NCBI GenBank assembly: GCA_043810925.1
Contig: JBDRNT010000067.1
Coordinates: forward strand, 1 to 38,373
Origin: Candidatus Eiseniibacteriota bacterium
GTDB taxonomy: Bacteria > Arandabacterota > Arandabacteria > Arandabacterales > Arandabacteraceae
Direction of reading: 5' to 3'
DNA: 38,373 nucleotides
Positions 20,711 through 28,830 of the stretch are shown here, piece after piece (position 1 is the stretch's first letter; each line of letters opens with the position of its first letter). The notes beneath the pieces were generated by a model. That model was not told where the DNA came from. It did not search any database and saw only the letters and a program-made list of their open reading frames with translations. The translations under genes were made by a program, and so were the position numbers.

Positions 20711-20741
20711 CGTAACATCCCCCTTGATGAACCGATCGCCG

Positions 20742-21206
20742 TCAGTCCAGGTGCTTTTCCATCATAGCCATGTTCAACCCGGCAAGCGCGCCGGCCGGGG
20801 TTCTGTGACTCACTACCTCGAGACCCATTCGCTCATAGAAGGGTACAGCTGTCGGAAACGCACCGAGTTTCACGCGTGTATGGCCACCCGCGCGAATCGC
20901 GGATTCCGCCGCCTCGTAGAGCAGACGGCCTACCCCCTTCCCCATGTGCTCAGGACCCACGTACAGTTTGGTCACCATTTCGCCTGAGACCGCGACCACC
21001 CCCACGATGCGCGCGCCGTCCCGGGCAACCAGGTATGACTGGGCCTGTGACTCGTTGCGGACGTGTTCGAGCGAACCCCGTTGTGATACCAGGAAGTCCG
21101 TTTGAGCGTCAGTGAGGCCCTCGCGTTCTCCCAGCCAGGTGTATGATGACTGAAGAAGCTCGTTCACCGCTTCGGTCTCAGCGTCGGTCATCCGTGTCAT
21201 TGTCAT
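20742..21206 (-). CDS. GNAT-family N-acetyltransferase
   Basis: KLYVGPEHMGKGVGRLL acetyl-CoA motif, AVPFYERMG; start uncertain among ATGs at 21206, 21200 and 21191. Confidence 0.85.
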   Translation of the reverse strand: MTMTRMTDAETEAVNELLQSSYTWLGEREGLTDAQTDFLVSQRGSLEHVRNESQAQSYLVARDGARIVGVVAVSGEMVTKLYVGPEHMGKGVGRLLYEAAESAIRAGGHTRVKLGAFPTAVPFYERMGLEVVSHRTPAGALAGLNMAMMEKHLD

Positions 21207-21636
21207 CCAGAATCTCCATGACCATCTTCGTGACTTCCTCAGCATACAGCACGCATTGCCCGAGCAGATTGCCGGCTTCAAACTTCTGCATCCCCTCGTC
21301 AGTATCCAGGTCACATCCTGTCAGTACTTCACAGTCAGTGGATCCGTACTTGGTCTGGAATCGTCCAATCAAGTCCCGAACACGGTCATAGCAGTCTGCT
21401 ACGGTCTCATGAGGAGAGGATCTGCCTGTAAACAGACCTATCGCCATGATACCGCCGCTTATGGCTCCACACATCCCGGACGTTCTCGCAATACCGCTGC
21501 AAAAACCGGTAGCTATCCTCGGAATAAGATCGCTCTTGATTCCCTTGCTTTCAGCCACGGAAAGCAGAATGCTCTCCGCTCAGTAATAACCGGACCGAAA
21601 CAACTCGCCACTTCTTCGCGATGTCTTCTCACTCAT
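21178..21636 (-). CDS. C_GCAxxG_C_C-family redox protein, probable selenoprotein (152 aa, UGA at codon 19)
   Basis: ATG 21636 with AAGGA RBS reads MSEKTSRRSGELFRSGYY-UGA-AESILLSV and continues in frame into the ORF-track ORF 21178..21558 (GFCSG, MCGAISGG, GSTDC..L, QC). Confidence 0.85.
21546..21566 (-). promoter_or_regulatory. Candidate bacterial SECIS hairpin
   Basis: UGCUUUC-CGUGGCU-GAAAGCA starting 13 nt after the UGA (21580-21582); apical loop ~20 nt from UGA with G in loop position 2. Confidence 0.6.
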
Positions 21637-21936
21637 CCGATCGATCCTTCCATCATTCTCATCTCAACACCTACACTGTCTGGTTATCCGAATCCCGGAC
21701 ACTTGTCAACACAATCGTGATCTGAGCGACCGGGCAAGCGTGTTGACGAGTGGTTGAGATTACGGTAACTATAAAGTGGAGGGCAAGATCAGGTTATCCC
21801 TGATTCTTTTCTGTCCGGGCTTTCTGACTTCGCAACCCGGTGTTGCCGATGCGGGCGCGACCGGCGTTCGGGCCGATGAAGCAGTTTGGAGATCTCCGGG
21901 TTCCTGATTGGGCCGGAAACAAGAACGGGACACTCG

Positions 21937-22587
21937 ATGCAAAGCAGCAGGCTTAAGCCATCAGTGACTACCTCGTTGACAAAGAAGAGCCTGATGGAGG
22001 GTGCAGCATACTTGGCTGCACGCGACAAGGACCTTGCACGACTTCTTAAGACCGATGGTGTACCACCGCTCTGGGCACGAAGGCCCGGTTTTTCGACATT
22101 GATCCAGATCATTCTGGAGCAGCAGGTATCTCTTGCTTCAGGCAAAGCCGCGCACCGTCGACTGGTCGATAACGTGATGCCGTTTACGCCGGCCCGCTTT
22201 CTGGAAGCAGGCTCATCATACCTGAGGACGCTTGGCATTACTCGCCAGAAATCCGGCTATTGCATCAATGTTGCCGAAGCAATCCTCGAGGACCGGCTTG
22301 GCCTCAGATCTCTATCCAGGATGGATGATGTTGCTGTCGCCGAAACGCTCACCCGAGTCAAAGGTATCGGTACCTGGACGGCTGAGATCTATCTCCTCAT
22401 GGCCTTACGCAGGCCGGATATCTGGCCCTCCGGGGATATTGCGCTTATAAGAACGATGCAGAAGATCAAGAAACTCCGTAAGTACCCATCTGCAAGCACA
22501 CAATCCAGAATCGTTCGAGCGTGGCGACCGTTCCGGTCGGTTGCGGCCAGGATGCTTTGGCATCACTACTTGTCTAATGAGCTTTAG
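21937..22587 (+). CDS. DNA-3-methyladenine glycosylase II (AlkA-like, HhH-GPD)
   Basis: ILEQQVSLAS, HhH motif LTRVKGIGTWTAEIYL, RPDIWPSGDIAL, W.PFRSVAAR.LW; start uncertain. Confidence 0.9.
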   Translation: MQSSRLKPSVTTSLTKKSLMEGAAYLAARDKDLARLLKTDGVPPLWARRPGFSTLIQIILEQQVSLASGKAAHRRLVDNVMPFTPARFLEAGSSYLRTLGITRQKSGYCINVAEAILEDRLGLRSLSRMDDVAVAETLTRVKGIGTWTAEIYLLMALRRPDIWPSGDIALIRTMQKIKKLRKYPSASTQSRIVRAWRPFRSVAARMLWHHYLSNEL

Positions 22588-22590
22588 CGG

Positions 22591-23154
22591 TCACCGGAGG
22601 TAATGAAACCGCATCGAGGCTACCCGCCCCGCGCTATCGAAGCGTATCCCCTCCTTCTTAAGCAAGGCCCGTTTCATCTCGGGCCCTCCCTGGTAGCCAC
22701 CGATATGCCGGTCCGAGCGAACGGCCCGGTGACAGGGCACGATAATGGGAAACGGGTTAGTCGCAAGGGCATTTCCAACAGCCCGTGCTCCGTTTCTCTT
22801 TCCCAGGTATGCTGCGATGAGTTGATACGTACTTACACTCCCGCGTGGAATCCCGTGCTCCGCGCGCAGAACACGCTGTTGAAACTCGGAACATAAACTC
22901 AGGTCTGCAACGTCGAGTGAGAACTCTATCTCCTCTCCTTCCAGAAACCTCCTGATTGAAGTAGCTACGGCATCGATTTCTGCGCAGGAGACCGCACGCG
23001 AATTCGGGTAGAGCTCAAACACCCGGTCTTGAGCGGACAGCCCGGACTTTGAGAGTAAGACCCGGACGATCCTGGCGTTGCCACCGGATCCGCTCCAGAT
23101 GACAGCCACAGGCCCGTAAGGAGTTTTCCTGATGGTCTTTCCATTCATATGCAT
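22591..23154 (-). CDS. ogt: Methylated-DNA--protein-cysteine methyltransferase
   Basis: IPRG..STY..IA, ARAVGNALATNP.PIIVPCHRAV, GGY.GG..MKR.LL..EG; start uncertain (23154 or 23148). Confidence 0.9.
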   Translation of the reverse strand: MHMNGKTIRKTPYGPVAVIWSGSGGNARIVRVLLSKSGLSAQDRVFELYPNSRAVSCAEIDAVATSIRRFLEGEEIEFSLDVADLSLCSEFQQRVLRAEHGIPRGSVSTYQLIAAYLGKRNGARAVGNALATNPFPIIVPCHRAVRSDRHIGGYQGGPEMKRALLKKEGIRFDSAGRVASMRFHYLR

Positions 23155-23226
23155 ACTACATGTACCGCACTTCCAAATATGTATCAATGATATATCGACG
23201 ACTCGACTACCCTCAGCAGCCAATTG

Positions 23227-26200
23227 TCAGTGGATACGAAGGATCTTCTCGGTGGCAGTGAATGAAGCGGACCTGAGCATGACGAAGTAAAGCCCGGGAG
23301 AGACCCGGCTCCCCGATACGCTTCTCCCCGACCAGCGCACGTTGTGGCGGCCCGGGGGAAGTACCTCGTCTACCAGAGTGGCAACGTGACGGCCGTTCAC
23401 GTCCCAGACGGTGATGTGGGCCGGACCTCGCTCGGCCAAGCCGAAGGCGATGCTCGTCGTGCTCGTAAACGGATTGGGCTTGCCTGCCGCCAAGAAATAG
23501 GTGTGCCTGCCGGGTGGGAGATCGGGGACAGATGTCAGGCTGGCATCAAGCGCTGCATCGGAACTCTCGTTCCCGGTGGAATCCGTGGCAGTCACGTGGT
23601 ACCACAGGTAGGGGTGGTCGGTTACATCCATCAGTGGCAGAACAGTCTGGTCGATCAACACAGCGCTTCCGAACTCACCGTCATCCGATCCATACACCGA
23701 AAAACGACGGAAGTCCGGCTGAGGACATCCATCCCAGCTGAGCAGGCTGTCCGCCAGCATGAGACCCGTCGGGACGGATGGAGCAAGATTATCCACAGAG
23801 ACACCGCTATCCGGTTCACTGACATAGTAAACCGCGGTATCCGCCGTTTGGGCGGTGACTACGAATACTGAGCAGTGCCCGCCGGCTTCGCCTGAATCCA
23901 CGACGGTCTGTGCCGTGACGGTATACTCCTGCTCGTGGGTGGCGGGTGCACTCCCTGCGACCATCCACTGACCGGGCGGGAAGCCCACCGGCGTGGACCC
24001 ACTATCTACCCGACGCCAGACGCCGTAGCCGATGATGGAGTCCGGCTCGGAAGCAAAGTCATACGCCGATCTGTTGAAACGCACACTGACCCAGCCTCCC
24101 TCATCCCCCGGCACGTCTGTGATGGCCTCGATACCGGGTTCCGCGTCGAGCCACTCCAACATGAGGGAGGCCACGGCGGGGTTAATCTTGTAACCGGTAT
24201 AACGGTGCATAGAGCGCCAGTAGAGCTCCGTCTCCGGCCACTCGAGGTCGGTCCAGACACCCACCGGGGTGTCTTGCCAATGGATGCTGTCGGCGCTTAC
24301 CTCCCACGTTACACTGTCGGTCTGTGAGGTCGTCAGGCGGACCGAGCGGATCGTGTCGGCGGGCGCGGTGACCGGAAGCCTGAGTGACTGCCCGGCATCC
24401 GCATCGGTGTCAACGAAGCGGTTAAGGATATTCACGATCTTGATGCCTATATCGTCAAAGGTTACAAATGCAAGGTCACCGGAGACTGCTATGTCCTTTG
24501 CGTGCCCCTCTATGACATAGCTTGCCACTTCAATCACCTTGACCGGGTCTGAAATATCAAAGACCATGAGGCCGCCGTCAGTCCCGTACCAATTAGCTGC
24601 GTACGCATAGTTCCCTGCAAGTGAAATACTGTAGACGGCAGTCCCGGTCCATTTGTTACCACGCTTTACCGGACTCGTGGGGTCGGACACATCGCATACA
24701 ATCACCCCGCCCGTCGCATCGGCAATGTACGCGAAGTCCCCCGACACTGCAACGTCCCTGGCAAACACGTAGGTATCGCAGGAGCCGACGGGAGCCGGGT
24801 TTGAAGGAACTGAGATATCAAACACGATGAGGCCGCTGTCGCGGTCGGCAACATAAGCATGGTCGCCGGCGACCATGATGCCTATCGCAATCCCGTCGGT
24901 ATCGTGATAGCCCACCTGTACGGGACTTGACGGAGTAGAGATATCAACCACGACCAGGCCGCCATAACTACTTACTACATAGGCATGGTCGCCGGATATT
25001 GTGACATCATATGCCGGGTCGTCGGTAACAAGGGCACCTACTCCCACAGGTGCGGATGGAGTCGAGATGTCAATAATGATAAGACCATTATCACCGGCAG
25101 CCACGTATGCATAATCGCCGTCCACCTCCACCTTCTTGGCATCACCACCGGTGTACCACGAACCAACCTCGATCGGGTTTGTGGGATCTGAAATATCGAA
25201 CACCACAAGACCGGTCTGGCGGCTGACCATGTATGCATGATCGCCGGACACCGCAATCCCCTCCGCGTAGCCGATATGATAGCCCCAGCCAATCTCTTCA
25301 GGAATCACCGGGGTCCCGATATCGATCTTCATGAAGCCACCGGTACCATTCGCAACACAGGCGTACTCGGCGGCAACGGCAACGCCGCCCGCGTTTCCGC
25401 CGGTATCAAACGAGCCGATCTCAGCGGGGTTTGACGGGTCGGAGACATCCATCGCAATGAGGCCGTTCAAGTCATCAGCCACATATACATGGTCACCGCT
25501 GACTCCAACGTCCCTTGCACTCCCATCTGTATCGCATGAACCGATTTCACCAGGACTTGAGGGGACAGAGATATCGAGGACGACGATACCATTGCTTCCG
25601 TCGGCAACATATGCGCAGTCCCCCGATACCGCCACCGCACTCGCAAGGCCGTCCGTATCGTAGGAGCCGACCTCAGTCGGACTGGAGGGGTCGGAGATAT
25701 CGAGGACGACGATGCCGTTGCTGCCGTCGGCGACGTATGCCCGGTCGCCTGCAACCGCAACATCACCGGCCTCCCCGTCGGTGTCGTATGAACCTATCTT
25801 GACGGGATTCGAGGCAACCGAAATATCGAACGTGGTGAGGCCGTGCGTTCCATCCGCCACATATGCACACTTGCCCGCAAGCGCTATTCCCGAGGCTGAT
25901 CCGCCGCTGCTTGAGGACCCGGCAAGCGTCGGGCTGGAGGCAATCGAAATGTCTATGACGACCAGGCCCCTGGCTCCGTCAGCCACATATGCCCAATCCC
26001 CGGCCACCGCTACATCGTTGGCTTCCCCGTCAGTATCATAGGAGCCAATCTCGATAGGGGCAAACGGAGCTTTGATTTGGAGTACAACCAGCCCCCCGGG
26101 GCCATCTGCTATGTACGCGTACTTCCCTGCAATTGCAACTCGTCTGGCATCGCCGCCCGTGGCACAGGAACCCAGCGCTGCCATTTCGTATTCCGGAAGC

Positions 26201-26364
26201 CTGAGCTCGCCTGCGCCCGTATCCCAGTGGGCTTTGGTCCAGAGGGTATCAGTGTAGTCCAAGGATGTGAAGTCCTCAGTCCACGATCCGGCCGAGGCTG
26301 GAGATATCTGGAATATTATGAGGTTTGCCGCAAGAGCTGCCAGAGCCGCGATCCGCAGGGTCAA
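23227..26364 (-). CDS. Secreted LVIVD-repeat protein (14 repeats) with C-terminal FlgD-Ig-like domain
   Basis: TTG start with AAAGGAG RBS; signal peptide ending ASA; 14 ~42-aa repeats 'A..VAVSGD.AYVADG..GL.V.DIS.P..P..VG..DT'; C-terminus PNPF...VWDVNGRHVATL...W.G......SPGLYFV. Confidence 0.88.
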   Translation of the reverse strand: MTLRIAALAALAANLIIFQISPASAGSWTEDFTSLDYTDTLWTKAHWDTGAGELRLPEYEMAALGSCATGGDARRVAIAGKYAYIADGPGGLVVLQIKAPFAPIEIGSYDTDGEANDVAVAGDWAYVADGARGLVVIDISIASSPTLAGSSSSGGSASGIALAGKCAYVADGTHGLTTFDISVASNPVKIGSYDTDGEAGDVAVAGDRAYVADGSNGIVVLDISDPSSPTEVGSYDTDGLASAVAVSGDCAYVADGSNGIVVLDISVPSSPGEIGSCDTDGSARDVGVSGDHVYVADDLNGLIAMDVSDPSNPAEIGSFDTGGNAGGVAVAAEYACVANGTGGFMKIDIGTPVIPEEIGWGYHIGYAEGIAVSGDHAYMVSRQTGLVVFDISDPTNPIEVGSWYTGGDAKKVEVDGDYAYVAAGDNGLIIIDISTPSAPVGVGALVTDDPAYDVTISGDHAYVVSSYGGLVVVDISTPSSPVQVGYHDTDGIAIGIMVAGDHAYVADRDSGLIVFDISVPSNPAPVGSCDTYVFARDVAVSGDFAYIADATGGVIVCDVSDPTSPVKRGNKWTGTAVYSISLAGNYAYAANWYGTDGGLMVFDISDPVKVIEVASYVIEGHAKDIAVSGDLAFVTFDDIGIKIVNILNRFVDTDADAGQSLRLPVTAPADTIRSVRLTTSQTDSVTWEVSADSIHWQDTPVGVWTDLEWPETELYWRSMHRYTGYKINPAVASLMLEWLDAEPGIEAITDVPGDEGGWVSVRFNRSAYDFASEPDSIIGYGVWRRVDSGSTPVGFPPGQWMVAGSAPATHEQEYTVTAQTVVDSGEAGGHCSVFVVTAQTADTAVYYVSEPDSGVSVDNLAPSVPTGLMLADSLLSWDGCPQPDFRRFSVYGSDDGEFGSAVLIDQTVLPLMDVTDHPYLWYHVTATDSTGNESSDAALDASLTSVPDLPPGRHTYFLAAGKPNPFTSTTSIAFGLAERGPAHITVWDVNGRHVATLVDEVLPPGRHNVRWSGRSVSGSRVSPGLYFVMLRSASFTATEKILRIH

Positions 26365-26484
26365 TCATACTCCTTTCCAGCCAACGCAACACTCATCCAC
26401 GGTACGGCAGGATACCCGGTGCCGTTATCGGACGATCCCGGATCAGCGCTTTCGGTCATGCCCGCCAACTGCCCTAAGAAGTCC

Positions 26485-26513
26485 ATTATATCACACGCGT
26501 GGCCCTGAGTCAA
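26485..26513 (-). promoter_or_regulatory. Near-consensus sigma70 promoter of the LVIVD gene
   Basis: TTGACT-17bp-TATAAT with extended TG. Confidence 0.8.
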
Positions 26514-26628
26514 TGCCGCGGTTCTACTAGCAGTGTAACGTATTGTGTGCGGGATTGGTGGGGGGTGGTAGCATGGGGTGTTTTCGAACACCGAACCCGG
26601 GACTAACCCGGAGAAAGGAGGTACACCC

Positions 26629-26857
26629 ATGCAAAACTGTGTTTGCACATAGGAGTTTACACGAGGCGATCAAGGAATTCTATGGGTTTCTTGCTGAGCA
26701 CATTGAAGACCGTGCCCGGCAGAGGACCGAAGAGTTGCCTCCATCAAGGCCAACAGCTCCCGCCAAGACCTTCCCCCAAAGAGACCAACCTCCCAAGCCA
26801 CCCAGAGGGGTCACCTTGTCTCTTCCTGTTCCCAAGGACACTACCCATTCGCCTTGA
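26629..26857 (+). pseudogene. Possible frameshifted ~75-aa small protein, or 7-codon micro-ORF
   Basis: AAAGGAGG RBS precedes ATG 26629, which stops at TAG 26650-26652 (MQNCVCT); removing one base gives MKTVFAHRSLHEAIKEFYGFLAEH... open to 26857. Confidence 0.3.
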
Positions 26858-26882
26858 CTGGAGGGCTCTTCTATGGTATGAT
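26854..26882 (+). promoter_or_regulatory. Near-consensus sigma70 promoter of the PD40 gene
   Basis: TTGACT-17bp-TATGAT with extended TG. Confidence 0.75.
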
Positions 26883-26951
26883 GGCAGAGTCAGGAGTGTA
26901 GGAACTATCCGCACTTGGAGCGAAACCACACAGACAGTCTGGAGGAATCGG

Positions 26952-27965
26952 GTGGGTACCGTCATGCGCATGTTGCTCCTCGGAGTTCTTCTTCTCGGCT
27001 TCGCCGGGGGCTCCTTCACCCTTCTCGCCGGCGACGCACTGGCTGATGACGGTGCTGTCCCGCTGGTTACTGATGCCTCTGAAGACGCATACCCCGATTG
27101 GTCTCCCGATGGGAGCTGGGTCGCCTTTGAATCGGACCGGAGCGGAAACTGGGATATTTGGATCGTGCCCGCCACCGGCGGGATCCCAACACAGGTGACC
27201 GCCGATACGTCCTACGACGGACGGGCCTGTTGGTCTCCCGATGGGAGTGAGATCGTTTTCGAGTCCGACCGGGACTTGGTGAGTTTGCTTGCTGCCTATC
27301 CTGTGTGTGAAATCTACACGATACCGGTCACAGGTGAACCCGCGACCAGAATCACCTATTCGGCGGGCTACGACGAGCGGCCTGATTGGTCTCCCGACGG
27401 CAGTCAGATAGCGTTCAGCTCGGACCGGGGCGCGGGACCGACCATGCTTGCATCGGACGGCGAGGACCCGTTGCATGCGGCTGATTTGTTCCTGATCCCG
27501 GTGACGGGTGAGCCGGCCACTCAGATTACGTTTGATCCGGGCTACGAGAATAACGCCAACTGGTCGCCCGACGGCACCCAGATAGCCTTCGAGGCGGATT
27601 ACAGTGGAAACTGGGACATTTGGGTCATGCCCTCCGGGGGGGGCACGCCCACGCAGATAACTACCGATCCGGCCGATGACTTCATGCCCGACTGGTCCCC
27701 GGACGGCCACGACATAGCATTCTACTCGAACCGCTCAGGCAATACCGACATATGGACGATTCCCGCGACGGGCGGAACCGCCATACAGATCACCACGGAT
27801 ACACATGGGGACTGGACACCGTCGTGGTCGCCGGACGGCACCCAGATCGTCTTCTCTACGGGGCGCGGCGCGAGCGTGGACATCTATGTGATTGCTGTGG
27901 ACAGGTCGGGGATAGTCACCGGAGAGAGCACAACCTGGAGCCGGATCAAGAGCATCTTCCGTTAG
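26952..27965 (+). CDS. Secreted TolB-like PD40 six-bladed beta-propeller protein with C-terminal TWxxIK motif
   Basis: GTG start 6 nt after GGAGG; signal peptide ending ALA; six WSPDG repeats; ends ESTTWSRIKSIFR; no TolB N-domain. Confidence 0.88.
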   Translation: MGTVMRMLLLGVLLLGFAGGSFTLLAGDALADDGAVPLVTDASEDAYPDWSPDGSWVAFESDRSGNWDIWIVPATGGIPTQVTADTSYDGRACWSPDGSEIVFESDRDLVSLLAAYPVCEIYTIPVTGEPATRITYSAGYDERPDWSPDGSQIAFSSDRGAGPTMLASDGEDPLHAADLFLIPVTGEPATQITFDPGYENNANWSPDGTQIAFEADYSGNWDIWVMPSGGGTPTQITTDPADDFMPDWSPDGHDIAFYSNRSGNTDIWTIPATGGTAIQITTDTHGDWTPSWSPDGTQIVFSTGRGASVDIYVIAVDRSGIVTGESTTWSRIKSIFR

Positions 27966-28014
27966 ATCGAGAGCCGGAGTCCCACTCCCTCATCCTTTCA
28001 TCCCTCTGCTTACC

Positions 28015-28830
28015 TTAAGATTGCCTGAGTGATTCGGCGATGGCGGTTGCGGTATCCCGGACACGTCTTGGCTTGCCCCGGACCGGTAGCCCGGCGCCCC
28101 GGATAGCCCGGAGGGCGAGGATGTATTCGGGAAGCAGATCATGATCGGGCTCGTGTTCGGGATGGAGGAAATCATCCGTCCCGAGCGGTCCCGTTACAGT
28201 CTTCTCAGCGGCAATCGTTACCGTATCGCCGATCTCGCTTATGATATCGGTCTCGTGGGTCAGAATAATCGTGGTCAGACCCTGGTCATTGAGATTCTTG
28301 ATGGCGTCTATCAAGTTCTGTCTGCCTCGCCAGTCAAGACCGGCAAGCGGTTCATCCAGCATGAGATATTCAGGCTTGAGCGCTATTATGGAGGCGAGGG
28401 CGAGTTTCCTGCGTTCACCGAAACTGAGCTTACCGGGATCGCGCGGCAGCATTTCACTCGGGAGACCCACGCACTCGAGTGCCCAGTCACGCCTCTCGAT
28501 GATTTCACCGGGATCGAAACCGAAATTCCTGAGACCGTACTCGAGTTCCTTCTCGACGGTCATCTCAAAGATCTGGCTTTCGGGAAACTGAAACGCGAGT
28601 TGCACACGGCTTCTTTCGAAATCCTTCGCCGCAGGATCAGAACCATCAATACGGACGCTTCCGCACCGGGGCTTGAGAAGCCCGGCCAGAACAAGAGCCA
28701 GCGTGGTCTTACCCGAGCCTGTTCGCCCGAAGAGGAGGTGAACCAGGCCCTTGGCGAGTGTGATATTCACATTGCAAAGCACATCGTCTTCAAAATACGC
28801 GAAGGAGACATCTTCGAGTACTACCGACAT
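28015..28830 (-). CDS. ECF transporter ATPase (EcfA2/CbiO-like)
   Basis: GRTGSGKTT, FQFPESQIFEMTVEKEL.YGLRN, LSFGERRK, LDEP.AGLD, LTH. Confidence 0.88.
   Translation of the reverse strand: MSVVLEDVSFAYFEDDVLCNVNITLAKGLVHLLFGRTGSGKTTLALVLAGLLKPRCGSVRIDGSDPAAKDFERSRVQLAFQFPESQIFEMTVEKELEYGLRNFGFDPGEIIERRDWALECVGLPSEMLPRDPGKLSFGERRKLALASIIALKPEYLMLDEPLAGLDWRGRQNLIDAIKNLNDQGLTTIILTHETDIISEIGDTVTIAAEKTVTGPLGTDDFLHPEHEPDHDLLPEYILALRAIRGAGLPVRGKPRRVRDTATAIAESLRQS

Noticed and set aside
21580-21582. UGA as an alternative genetic code (Trp/Gly) or a plain nonsense mutation
   Set aside because: Many genes here use TGA as a true stop and TGG for Trp; this UGA falls on the conserved Cys and is followed by a SECIS-like stem, so Sec is favoured, though a pseudogene is not fully excluded
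26280-26368. ATG at 26368 as the LVIVD gene start
   Set aside because: It is out of frame, only 1 nt from the RBS and stops after ~30 codons; TTG at 26364 has proper spacing and gives a signal peptide
26952-27965. Calling the PD40 protein TolB
   Set aside because: No TolB N-terminal domain and no tolQRA/pal neighbours
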